A DNA stretch of 64,000 nucleotides from Styela clava (lineage: Eukaryota). This document shows, one piece after another, positions 1 through 12,421 of this stretch. The notes under the pieces are model-generated. The model was given only the letters and a program-made list of their open reading frames with translations, made no database searches and was not told the origin of the DNA. Where the stretch lies: the NCBI RefSeq assembly GCF_964204865.1, contig NC_135258.1, forward strand, positions 10,230,001 through 10,294,000. The letters run 5' to 3'. Numbering within the stretch: the first letter of the stretch is position 1; the number at the start of each line of letters is the position of its first letter. Both the position numbers and the translations under genes were made by a program.

Positions 1-393
1 ATATACCTTAGAATATAACAACTTGTTGTTCGTTGAATGGTGGACCATACCAATCACCGACGCATGAAAAGGTATTTAGCAAGTGTGGAACTGCGATAAA
101 TTATATTAAATCTGGTTGGTCATTGAGAAATTGTTTGTGGCTTTTTAGCTAAATAATGCCCTGTAAAAAAAAGTTATGGCGGTTCACAGTTCTAAGAAAT
201 TCTGGTTCAACTCGGTTTAATATTATTAATTCATAAAACAACAGTAAAATCTTACTAAGATGATAACAAGATTGCCCTACCATATATACTACTCATCTTT
301 AACTAATTTCATTTAGGTGTTACTGTTAGATAATTTTTTATAGTTATGTATTTTATCCAATTGTTCGCTTATTATCAACATTTTGTTTTTCAG

Positions 394-1582
394 AATGTGC
401 TTCATATGGCGTTCGTGTTAACAGCATCAAGTAAGATATTTTTATACCTATATATTTGAAATTATTTTTGATCTTCCGATCATTTTGTTTCAAAAACGAA
501 AAAAAACGAGTCAGTCGTAATTAATGAGGTATTTGAATAATTGAGAAGTAGAGTTTTTCGGAGATTGTATTACAACAAAAGTATGACGTCAGTAAAAACC
601 ATAAATCACGTTAAAAGTAATATCAGAATATTAAAAACATCTTAAAAAAAACAGGCACATTCCGAAATGGCACGTAGCCTGATGTGCCAACTCTAATCCG
701 AAGTTTAAAAATATGAAAATTGAAAGTATAAAGCGAATTGCGTTTCTAACATTATTTACCCAGCCCAACATTATTTACCCAATTATTTTAGTCCTACATA
801 CGGAGTTATATTCATCAATATTGATAGAAGGAAATCTTGACCCACTCCATTCAATTTATCTCCTTCAATTCAAACTGCTCTCATTTTTTGACCAAACAGT
901 CCAGGTGTTGTGAAAACGAGACTTGTTGAAAATTCAAAATACACAAAAGAGCAATTTGAGAAGGTTAGTTACGTTGCTGTGATATCCACATGAGTTTATC
1001 CATAAAGTGATTACAGGGAGTTGGCCTTGTTGCAACACTGAAAGTCTGCATGAGATTATTTTTGGTGCCTTTTCTGAATGATAATATCAAATTTTTGTTC
1101 CATTTAACAGTCACTTGCATTATACTATACCTATGTAAGTACTTAACTTGTATAAAGGAGAAAGCAGCTATACATCATGCCATAAATCATTTCTAAACAC
1201 AATTGACGAAATATTGAAATAAATGAATTGAAAGTAGGTTGAAATCTAAATATTTCATGCATATATGCATTGAATGCTTGTATTTTATATTGCATATTTT
1301 CAATAAATTTCCGACGAGGATCGTGTAATATATTCGAATAATCGACATGCTTATTGACGGCGGAACTGTATGAAACACTATACACGTGAAAGAATAACAA
1401 AGAATGATATTATAAACATTATATATTTTATCATCTTTCAGATTATGGAAAATTTCAGTAAAATTCACAAGCTTGGATTTATGGAACCAGAAACTATAGC
1501 TGATGGAATAGTATTTTTATGTTCTTCGTCTCACATTACTGGTATAATGCTGCCGGTAGACTCCGGATCTTTGAACGCTTGA
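394..1582 (+). CDS. Classical SDR oxidoreductase, tandem copy 1 (3' part only: exons 394-430, 900-963, 1442-1582)
   Basis: GT-AG exons translate to ECASYGVRVNSIN-PGVVKTRLVENSKYTKEQFEK-IMENFSKIHKLGFMEPETIADGIVFLCSSSHITGIMLPVDSGSLNA*, a typical SDR C-terminus. AATAAA lies near 1628. The 5' exons are upstream of the window. Confidence 0.9.
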
Positions 1583-2382
1583 AAATAACTAATTTTCAAG
1601 TAGCAAATATATACATACCATGTATTAAATAAAATATTAATTCCCAGTTTGTCTGCTTTTTACCAAGTTAGAACGACATTCTGTGTTTTATATCAGCAGG
1701 AACTTTTTCTACTGATTGAGTCACGCAATATAATTTTGCAGCACTTGTATCAGGGTCGAGTCTTAAAATCCTAGGATGGCGCTGTGTAGTCTTGATCATT
1801 ACAATGCAGCACTTGTATCAGAGTGAGGCGATTTCTGGTACTTGATCTTATTAACTCCCATGTGTGAAGTATAGATTCACATAAGAATGAAGAACCAAAA
1901 GCGTTAACAACAGCTCAAATATACGGTGCCTTAAAAACGTCGCGTCCCAAACTTGCCAGCGCAACCATATTTTTGCCATTAGATGCAGGGCAGAATAACT
2001 ATAGTCTTTTTCTTTTTACTTCGAAAAATAGTTAACTTATTTTTAGATTGAATATAGGCCCGCCTTATGATAATTTTGTATTACTCAAATACCTTTTTTG
2101 CAATAGTTTGGACGGGTCAATAAAACAAAAACATTACCCGCGGATTGACGTATCGTACGGGTCGGTTGCTTTAATATGAATAACGACGTAAAGCGGCACA
2201 TTTTTTCAAACTTCACAATGGTCAGACACATTTTGGCGGAAATAAATACCATGGTTGCCCTGAAACATTCGGCAACATCAAGGTTGCGCGTTCAGAAAGG
2301 TCGGCGAGAATAATACCGTCAAACTTTACAATATTGCATTTGACATAACATGTAAATTATCAAGAAAATACATAGCCTAATA

Positions 2383-3774
2383 CAGGGGTGGCCAACACGT
2401 CGATCGCCACGTCTCGAGTAGTCGATCGCGCTTGATGTTGAGTAAATTTAATAACATACCCCAAAAAATTGCCTTGAACCAGTTTCATACAGCAACTGTT
2501 GTGTGTTTTAAAACAGGAAGAATATAGTACTGTAAATGCGCAAAATACGATATTCACATGCATTAATTGGGTATGGACAAGCCCGATAGAGCATATTATT
2601 ATGTGACCAATGCAAGTTTCACTACTGCCAAGTTTTGGAAATGAAGGTACTGAATACCATCTGTCTTGACTGACCAACGATCCTACAACAATTTCTGCAA
2701 TGTGCTGTGTTATTGTCCCACTCCAGGAGTAGTATGATAAATTTTATTCGCAACGTAGCAGTGGCATCAGAATGCCCAATTTTTCCCCTAATTCCAAGCG
2801 ACCAATCGGACTTGAAGAAAATAGTAAATTAGTAAATGTAATATTTATGGTTTGAGAATATTATTTATTCGTTTGTTGAGATAATACATGGATACTTTTC
2901 AAGGTTTTTTGAGGAATTGAAAATACCTACGACTAACAATTAGACAGGCCCTAGATCTGAATTGTATGCTTCGAATAAATCTAAAATAAATAATGAAACA
3001 TTTACTCCATTACATAATCAAATTAACAAATTGAATGGAGCATTAATATGCAAATTTTTGTCGCAATTCCATTGAGAATGCAACCGCAGAGCCGAGCTTA
3101 TTGGCAGTAGGGATGGCGGAATCGAGTCCGGATTCGATTACAGAATCCATTATTCGCGGAATCGACTAGAATCGATTCCGATGCACTGGAATCGATTCTC
3201 GAGTTTAAAACTTTGACTGCAAACTATGTGTAACGTTTTGTGGCAATTCCTTCACATATATGTATAAACTGCTTCACTGCTATGTTGAGTTGCTACGACG
3301 CCGCAAACTTCATTTTATAATATATATATATATATTCCGCTGAAAGGCTTTAACGTTTATTTATTTTGAAAATCTCTGTCGGTTCTGAAGGAATTTTTTG
3401 TGCGACTTTGTCTCCTGTGACAGAGATACCCATACTACTTAGTTTTGGCCTTCTTGTCCGTCCAGAATTTGAACATCGTGCTCTTGTTTGATTTCATATG
3501 GTATTAGGTGGGTAGGTTTATTCGGTAAGATATGTCGAGGAATCGAGATTCGGAATCGAGAATCGAAAATTTAGGAATCGGATAAGAATCGAATACTTGT
3601 AAGTACTTATACTTGGCATCCTTGCAGCGGTGGTATTTTTGTATGCGTGTGTGCAGTTATCTGCGCATTCAGTATTCATCCATTTTTGTTAATGACTTTA
3701 TTATCAATCAGTCGATCGCGAGCTAATTTGGAGATTTTAGTCGATGGCGGTCGAAAGCCGGTTGGCCACCCCTG
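2383..3774. mobile_element. Non-autonomous hAT DNA transposon (spacer of unit 1)
   Basis: TIR CAGGGGTGGCCAAC...GTTGGCCACCCCTG; perfect 8-bp TSD GCCTAATA at 2375-2382 and 3775-3782. Confidence 0.9.
3108..3623. mobile_element. Nested hAT-like element with GAATCG/CGATTC subterminal repeats
   Basis: Ends TAGGGATGGC...GGCATCCTT with many GAATCG repeats near both ends. The TSD ATTGGCA(G/T) is best preserved in the homologous copy at 17677-18129. Confidence 0.7.
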
Positions 3775-4315
3775 GCCTAATAGGTTGGAATCTTTGCAGT
3801 ATTATGATATAAGCAGATACCAAAAACGCCTGACATAAGTAGTGCATAAGTTTAAACAATAGCGCTGTGGGTTATTTGTGCCAATGTTTATAAATACATT
3901 TGAAAGTGGCATGATATTATGTTACACTATTTTATACCTTCAACTTGCGGTACTTCTCAGTACACTCCATCGATGTGGTACTCCCTTTGAAATTTTTGGT
4001 ACACCTTGGGATTGGGGTGTATTGTATACCCGATTGACGAGCACTGCTCTATATCCAATCAAACCTTTAGAAAAATAAAAATTACTATGTTTTACCATCA
4101 TTTCCCCGAAAATCATACGGTTTTCGTGTGCCATGGTAAATACAAATGTGTGCTGTCCCATCCCATCCCGTTCCCATGGATCTATGTATATCTATATATA
4201 AAACAATCACTCATTGTTCGTTTCAAAGCTTCTTCGCACGACTGCGCTGCCGGTATCTTGTTCTGCAACAGTGCTTTGACTAGCCTTTTATTACGCATTT
4301 GGCCTTGGTGCTGTG

Positions 4316-7300
4316 ATGGAGAAGTTCAGCGGAAAAGTGGTGATCATTACAGGTGAATTGAGATAGCTTTATGCGTTATAGTAATCTAAAATTATTATTT
4401 CTCGACAAACTCAAGCAGTTTTTTTGAGTATAATTATTTGACGTAAATGGAGTTTTATAGACAATAGACAGTGCGAGTGGACTTGTGAAATGTTCTAAAA
4501 CGTTAGGCTCAAGCTTCGAAGAAAATGTGAAAAGGGCATAAAACAGTATAATATTTGACTTACTGATTTACCGTATTATTTAACGCGACACCATGATGCT
4601 CAGCTGCTCGCATGAGTTCGCCAAATTTGAACTTTTTTTCAAGGCAAAAGATAATTTACGATGATTAATTATAGGCATACAGCAGTACTACTAACAACTG
4701 AAATTTAATCGTTGTTTAACACATGGGCCAATATTTTTATAAATTGATCCAGTTGCGAGATCACTCTAATCAAATCATACCAGCTCATACGTTAGAGAGT
4801 TGGTTAATTTCGAAAACCTATATGAGCCTGCCGCTACAGGTCTTTCTTGTTCGTTTTTACTTCTACAACAGGTGCATCAAGTGGAATAGGAGAGGCCACT
4901 GCCGTTGCCTTTTCAAAACAAGGGGCAAAATTAACAATTTGTGGAAGAAACAAAGAAAGGCTAGAAGAAACTGCTAAAAAATGTAGAGATAATGGCGCAG
5001 AGGTTTGTCAACTATGTAAACTATTAAATTTAAAGTACTAAAACAACGCATGAGTCGACCAGCATACCTATTCAGCATCCATGAATAAAGTAAATAACAA
5101 CTGAACGTTATAAAAGAGTCGCTGATGAATTAGAGTGGAAACTAATCGACTTGAAGTCAGTTCAACTTCTCTGCTCATAGTATAAAAATACCACAAAAAA
5201 ACTATACCTTTGTTTAAAATAAATATGACGAATTTTAGGTTTTACAAATAGTTGGAGATCTATCAAAGTTTGAAGAATTGAAACCCGTGATCGATATAAC
5301 AGTTAGCAAGTTTTCCAGAATTGATATCTTGATAAACAACGCGGGTCGCCTGGAACATTGTCCAATTTCTGAAGTAAGTTGTGCTTGTATCTTATAAAAA
5401 AAACTCGCAATGATATACGAATATAACAAATAATAGTTGCAATATGTTGCGCAAAAGGATTTATTTGAAAATAGGTGGTAACTGTAGATCCGAATTACTT
5501 TCAACCACCGAATTTCATAAGAATGTGCTTAATGCGCAGCACAGACAATGTTACTTTACAATTCAATTTCCTGCATGATTCTATGATATTACGAGAATAA
5601 AACCAAAACGAAAAAGAACTCTGATCACATGATTTCGTGCCCACCCCCAAGAATCGAAAATTCCCAATTTCGATATTGATTTTTGAATACAATTGTATAT
5701 ATTTATGGTTTCAAGCGAATTCTAATTTATCTGCTACATGGAATATTTCAATCACATTGTGCAATAATATATTGACGGATTTTTAACAACACGAGATCCA
5801 GTGTTCTTCTTAAAATGGGTGAGATTAGAGATATTCCCAAATGCATGTCAAATGGTACAAAAGGAATTTAGAGTCTTCAACATTTCTAATTTATTTATTT
5901 ATCATATTTTAGCTCCAGCTTGATTTATTTGAAGATTTGTTTGCGATTCTTGTTCGTGCACCTGTTTTTCTTTGTAAATATGCATTGCCTCACCTTAAAG
6001 AGACAAAAGGTAAAATAACAATTTTATTCAACCAAAAACTTTGGAAGATTTTTTTCAGTATTTGCTTGTATTTTTTAGGTTGCGTGGTCAATGTGTCAAG
6101 TACAGCAAGTCTCAAAACATTTCCTTTGACATTCAATGTGTCGTACGAAATGTTTAAGGCAGCGTTAGACAATTTCACAAGAGGATTTTCAGCAGGTGTG
6201 TGGAATGAATAAAGCTACCGTTCATTTGTGAACATGAAAAAATCATCTCTATGTACAAAATTCATGATAAAGTAAATAAAATCAATCTAATAGCACAGGT
6301 ATAATACCCTAGGCTTAAAAAAGTATATAACAACTTGTTGTTCGTTGAATGGTGGACCATACTAATCACCGACGCATGACAATGACTTTATCAAGTTTGG
6401 AACTGCGATAAATTATATTAAAACTGGTTAGTCATTGAGAAATTGCTTGTGGCTATTTAACTAAATAATGCCCTGTAAAAAAACAAGTTATGGCGGTTCA
6501 CAATTCTAAGAAATTCTGGTTTAACTCGATTTAATATTATTAATTCGAAAAACAAAAAAACAGTGAAATCTTACTAAGACGATAACAAGATTGTCCCTAC
6601 CATACTACTCAGAGTCCATAAATAATTCCACTTAGGCATTAAATAATTTTTTCATATTCATGCATTTTATCCACTTGTCTACTAATTATCGATATTTTGT
6701 TTTTCAGAATGTGCTTCATATGGCGTTCGTGTTAACAGCATCAAGTAGGATATTTTTAAACGTATATATTTGAAAATATTTTTGATTTACCGTAATTTGT
6801 TTCAAAAACGAAAAAAAAACGAGTCAGTCGTGCATGATGAGATTGTGAATAGTTGAATTTTTCGGAGATTGTATTACAACAATAGTATGACGTCAGTAAA
6901 CGGCATAAATCACGGTAAAAGTAATATCAGAATATTTAAAATATCTTAAAAACAGGCACATTTCCGAAATGGCGCGTAGCCCAATGAGTCAACTCTAATC
7001 CAAAGTTTAAAAATATGAATATTGAAAGTAAAAAGCGAATTGCGTTTCTAACATTATTTACCCAGCAATTGTTTTAGTCCTACATACTGAGTTATATTCA
7101 TCAATATTGATAGAAGGAAATCTTGACCCACCCCATTCAATTTATCTCCTTCAATTCAAACTGCTCTCATTTTTTGACCAAACAGTCCAGGTGTTGTGAA
7201 AACGAGACTTGTTGAAAATTTAAAATACACAAAAGAGCAACAAGAGAAGGTGAGTCACGTTGCTGTGATATCCACATAAGTTTATCTATAAAGTGATTAC

Positions 7301-7870
7301 AGGGAGTTTGCCTTGTTGCAACACTGAAAGTCTGCATGAGACTATTTATGGTGCCTTTTCTGAATGATAATATCAAATTTATGTTCCATTTAACAGTCAC
7401 TTGCATTATACTATACCTATGTAAGTACTTAACTTGTATAAAGGAGAAAGCAGCTATACATCATGCCATTAATCGTTTCTAAACACATTTGAAGAATTAT
7501 TGAAATAAATGAATTGAAAGTAGGTTGAAATATAAATATTCACCAAATATATATGCATTGCATGCTTGTATTTTATATTGCATATTTTTAATAAATTTCC
7601 GATGAGGGCCGTGTAATATATTCGAATAATCGACATGCTTTTTGACGGCGGACCTGTATGAAACACTATACAAGTGAAAGAATAACAAAGAATGATATTA
7701 TAAACATTATATATTTTATCATCTTTCAGATTATGGAATATTTCAGTAAAATTCACAAGCTTGGATTTATGGAACCAGAAACTATAGCTGATGGAATAGT
7801 ATTTTTATGTTCTTCGTCTCACATTACTGGTATAATGCTGCCGGTAGACTCCGGATCTTTGAACGCTTGA
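4316..7870 (+). CDS. Classical SDR (FabG/3-oxoacyl-reductase-like) oxidoreductase, tandem copy 2; 8 exons: 4316-4352, 4872-5002, 5239-5373, 5913-6009, 6079-6195, 6708-6744, 7186-7249, 7730-7870 (252 aa)
   Basis: The spliced ORF is open. Motifs: TGASSGIG (TGxxxGIG), NNAG, VNVSS, YEMFK (YxxxK), GVRVNSINPG. All introns are GT-AG. Confidence 0.93.
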
Positions 7871-8664
7871 AACTAACTCATTTTCAAGTAGCAAATAAAT
7901 ACATACCATGTATTAAATAAAATATTAATTCCCAGTTTGTCTGCTTTTTACCAAGTTAGAACGACATTCTGTGTTTTATATCAGCAGGAACTTATTCTAC
8001 TGATTGAGTCACGCATTATAATGTTGCAGCACTTGTATCAGGGTCGAGTCTTAAAATCCTAGGATGGCGCTATGTAGTCTTGATCAATACAATGCAGCAC
8101 TTGTATCAGAGTGAGGCGATTTCTGGTACTTGATATTATTAACTTCAATGTGTGAGGCATAGATTCACATAAGAATGAAGAACCAAAAGGCGTTAACAAC
8201 AGCTCAAATATACGGTGTCTCAAAAACGTCGCGTCCCAAACTTGCCAGCGCAACCATATTTTTGCCAGTAGATGCAGGGCAGAATAACTATAGTCTTTTT
8301 CTTTTTACTTCGAAAAATAGTTAACTTATTGCTAGATTGAATATAGGCCCGCCTTATGATAATTTTGTATCACTCAAATATCTTTTTTGCAATAGTTCGG
8401 ACGGGTCAATAAAACAAAAACATTACCCGCTGATTGATGTATCGTACGGGTCGGATGCTTTAATAGTCAGATAACGACGTAAAGAGGCACACCTATTCAA
8501 ACTTCACAATGGTCAGACACATTTTGGCGGAAATAAATACCACGGTTGTCCTGAAACATCCGGCAACATCAGGGTTGCGCGTTCAGAAAGGTCGACGAAA
8601 ATAATACCGTCAAACTTTACAATATTGCATTTGACATAACATCGAGAAAATACATGGCCTAATA

Positions 8665-9877
8665 CAGGGGTTGCCAACACGTCGATCGCCACGTCTCGAG
8701 TAGTCGATCTCGTCTGATGTTGAGTAAATTTAATTACATATCCCAAAAAATTGCCTCGAACCAGTTTCATACAGCTCCTTTTGTGTGTTTTAAAACAGGA
8801 AGAATATAGTACTGTAAATGCGCAAAATACGATATACACATGCATTAATTGGGTATGGACAAGCACAATAGAGCATATTATTATGTGACTAATGCAAGTT
8901 TCACTACTGCCAAGTTTTGGAAATGAACGTCGGATCGGACTTGAAGAAAATAGTAAATTAGATACTGAAGTTTGAAATGTAATATTTATGGTTTGAGTAT
9001 ATTATTTATTCGCTGTTTAGATAATACATGGATACTTTTCAAGGTTTTTTGAGGAATTGAAAACACTTACGACTAACAATTAGACAGGCCCTAGATCTGA
9101 ATTGTATGCTTTGAATAAATCTAAAATAAATAATGAAACATTTACTCCATTACATAATCAAATGAACAAATTGAATGAAGCATTAATATGCAAATTTTTG
9201 TGGCAATTCCATTGAGAATGCAACCGCAGAGCCGAGATTATTGGCAGTAGGAATGGCGGAATCGAGTCCGGATTCGAATACAGAATCTATTGTTCGCCCG
9301 ATGCACTGGAATCGATTCTCGAGTTTAAAACTTTGATTGCAAAGAATGTGTAACGTTTTGTGGCAATTCCTTTACATATATGTATAAACTGCTTCACTGA
9401 TACGTTGAGTTGCTACGACGCCGCAAACTTCATGTTACGTATATATATATTTCACTGGAAGGCTTTATTGTTTATTTATTTTGAAAATCTCTGTGGGTTC
9501 TGAAGGATTTTTTTGTGCGATTTTGTCTCCTGTGACAGATTGGATACCCATACTACTTTGTTTTGGCCTTCTTGTCAGTCCAGAATTTGAACATCGTGCT
9601 CTTGTTTGATTTCATATGGTATTAGGTGGGTAGGTTTATTCTGTAAGTTATGTCGGGGAATCGAGATTCGGAATCGAAAATTTAGGAATCGGATAAGAAT
9701 CGAAGACTTGTAAGTACTCATACTTGGAATCCCTAATTTTGTATGCGTGTGTGCAGTTATGTGCGCATTCAGTAGTATTCAGTCATTTTTATTCATGACT
9801 TTATCATCAATCAGTCGATCGCGAGCTATTTTGAAGATTTTAGTCGATGGTGGTCGAAAGCCGGTTGGCCACCCCTG
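8665..9877. mobile_element. Non-autonomous hAT transposon (copy of the 2383-3774 element)
   Basis: Same TIRs and GCCTAATA TSD; carries internal deletions relative to the unit 1 copy. Confidence 0.88.
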
Positions 9878-9911
9878 GCCTAATAGGTTGGAATTTTTGC
9901 AGTATTATGAT

Positions 9912-11901
9912 CAAGGTTCCCTCTAAGGTGCGCAACTGCGCAATTGCGCAGTACCTCCAGACATTTTGCGCAGTAAAATCCCATTCTCGCGCACTTGCAA
10001 CAATATGTTTTCAACGCGTGGGTCATGGGTCGTCATATTTTTAACGCCCATATTAACGCTTAGAATGCCCATATTTGTTTCACGCGTATTTTAGACGCCA
10101 CTGTTCATTGTGATGTCACAAGCGTGTCTATTAGAAGCACTGGATTCGTGTTGTCGCACAGGTATAATTGGTTCGTTTTCTGTATCGAAGTGAACATAAA
10201 AAATATATGGACTGTTTAGATTTAAATAGGTATATGAGGTTGCAAAGCTGGTGTCCACTTTTGTTACAGAAGGTTTGTTGGTTGTTGCTTGTAGCCGCAT
10301 AGTTTGGCTAAACTGGTTGGAATTTGAATGGAAGTGTTATATATTAATTACCGTATGTTTACCAGAAATTACGAAAAAGGCGTTTCAGGCGTTTTCATAT
10401 TTAGCAGGTTAGTGGTTTATTATTTAACCAAATTCAATATACTGTCGTTTTGATCTTACGTACAAGTAAAATGTATATTCAAGAAAGCAAGGCTAAAAAT
10501 AAGAATATTGATTTTAATAGAATGGTTAAATACAACAGTGGACTGGGAGACACTAATTTGAAATCGTGATACCGTTATGCATAGGTTAAAAAACAAACTG
10601 CCAAACTTTCCGAAATTTATCACTATTCCGCGTCAAGGAATGTGATAATCTGCAGAGTTTGTCAGGATGTGGCATCTGGTAGCGATTTAGAAAAGGCAAA
10701 TCATTGGTAGGAATGGGAAGTTGACTATCTAAAACAGGTTCATCCAACCCGTGGCCCGCCGAAGATTTCCGAGTGGCCCGCGCGGTATTATTCGAAGCCC
10801 GATGTCTTTCACAAATCTGAGCCACTATTGAAACCTCTAATAAAATAGTATTCCTCGTCGTACAAACGCGCGAGAAGCACCACCCAGCTATCGAAAGCTT
10901 TTTATGTCTCTTTGTGCTGGGCGTTATTGCAGGAGAGAGATACTTGAAATCATTTTTATCGTCTGCCATGTATTTCAACCTGTTTTTCTGCCTGTTTTCT
11001 GTGAAGCTAGACGAAGCAGTTTTCATGACCTCAATAACTGACAGCACTTTCATGTACGAGAAAATTTTTTCACGAATGAACCATGTCAAATCCCCCGTGA
11101 GATTACTAATTTTTGACAGTCATTCGAAAAATTCTCTTCGCATTGCTATTGTCCATCGCACCGAATATTGACAAACTTGTTGGATAAAAGCAGTGCCATT
11201 AAAATATCTACGTGTGGTAAAAACTTTTGACTTTACTGTATCTTCGTATTTTCATTGTTCTTATAATTTTAGTGTGAGGGTTTTGTTTGTTTTTTCATTA
11301 ACCTGTAGTCGGCGTAGTGAAAACTATAATATACCCACCATGTCAAGTGACCCACGTAGTCATTCGTAAACTACATGTGGCCCCTCGGCCATAAAGGTTG
11401 GACAACCCTAATCTAAAATGTCATTTGGATTTTGGATCATAAAAAGCACATTGACGCACTAGGTGCATTAACTCAGAAGCGAAATTTTGAATCAATGAGG
11501 ACTGGGGAGTAGTTTGAACCTTTTCACCACATTGCCAATTGCTGAAGAGAGTGAAGTTTTGAAAACTCAAGTGAAATAAAGATAGATAGTCATAGATAGT
11601 GTTATACCACGTGTATACCACGCGTATGTGAAAATATACTGAATTGCCACATTCATAGCCAAGCAAAAATTACGGCTATAATTTCATATCCTCATTGTTG
11701 ATAAAAGCAATGATTTTTCAACAACAAAATGCTGATATTGTACACGAAGTATTGTTTATTTACGCAGTACGATATTATATGATAAAATTATACCATTTCA
11801 CAAAGTTTGCAAATATTTTAGGATTCTGCTCAGCCTTAAAATAGTCTTGCTCAATAAAAACAACATTTGCACAATGTGAAATTTTCTTAGAGGGAACACT
11901 G
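9912..11901. mobile_element. Non-autonomous hAT transposon (1990 bp) inserted only in unit 2
   Basis: TIR CAAGGTTCCCTCTAAG / CTTAGAGGGAACACTG; 8-bp TSD ATTATGAT at 9904-9911 and 11902-11909. The empty site (single ATTATGAT) is seen in the other units at ~3801 and ~18311. Confidence 0.93.
10735..11410 (+). mobile_element. Nested hAT (Charlie/Buster-like) element with a decayed transposase C-terminal remnant
   Basis: TIR CAGGTTCATCCAACC / GGTTGGACAACCCTA; TSD ATCTAAAA at 10727-10734 and 11411-11418. The peptide STFMYEKIFSRMNHVKSPVR...SLRIA resembles the hAT dimerisation motif. Confidence 0.85.
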
Positions 11902-12190
11902 ATTATGATATAAGCAGATACCAAAGCCGCCTGACATAAGTAGTGCATAAGTTTAAACAATAGCGCTGTGAGTTATTTGTGCCAATGTTCATAAATACAT
12001 TTGAAAGTGGCATGATATTATGTTACACTATTTTATACCTTCATTCATTCGGTACATCTCAGGACACTCCATCGGTGTGGTATACTCCCCTTGAAATTTT
12101 TGGTACACCTTGGGATTGGGGTGTATTATATACCCGATTGACGAGCACTGCTCTATATTCAATCAAACCTTTAGTAAAATAAAAATTACT

Positions 12191-12292
12191 ATGTTTTACA
12201 ATCATTTCCCCGAAAATCATACGGTTTTCGTGTCCCATGGTAAATACAAATGTGCGCTGTCCCATTCCATCCCGTTCCCATGGACAAGCCTG
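12191..12292. mobile_element. Truncated right end of a hAT MITE at the duplication junction, ~130 bp upstream of the SDR ATG (homologous fragment at ~4087-4186)
   Basis: Matches the right part of the complete element at 48983-49396 (AAAATCATACGGTTTTCGTGTCCCA...CATGGACAAGCCTG). Confidence 0.8.
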
Positions 12293-12421
12293 TATATCTA
12301 TATATAAAACAGTCACTCATTGATCGTTTCAAAGTTTCTTCGCACGACTACGCTGCCGGTATCTTGTTCCGCAACAGTGCTTTGACTAGCCTTTTATTGC
12401 GCGTTTGGCCTTGGTGCTGTG

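Noticed and set aside
10586-11089. 167-aa minus-strand ORF
   Set aside because: Lies across nested transposons with no coherent domain; at best decayed transposon sequence.
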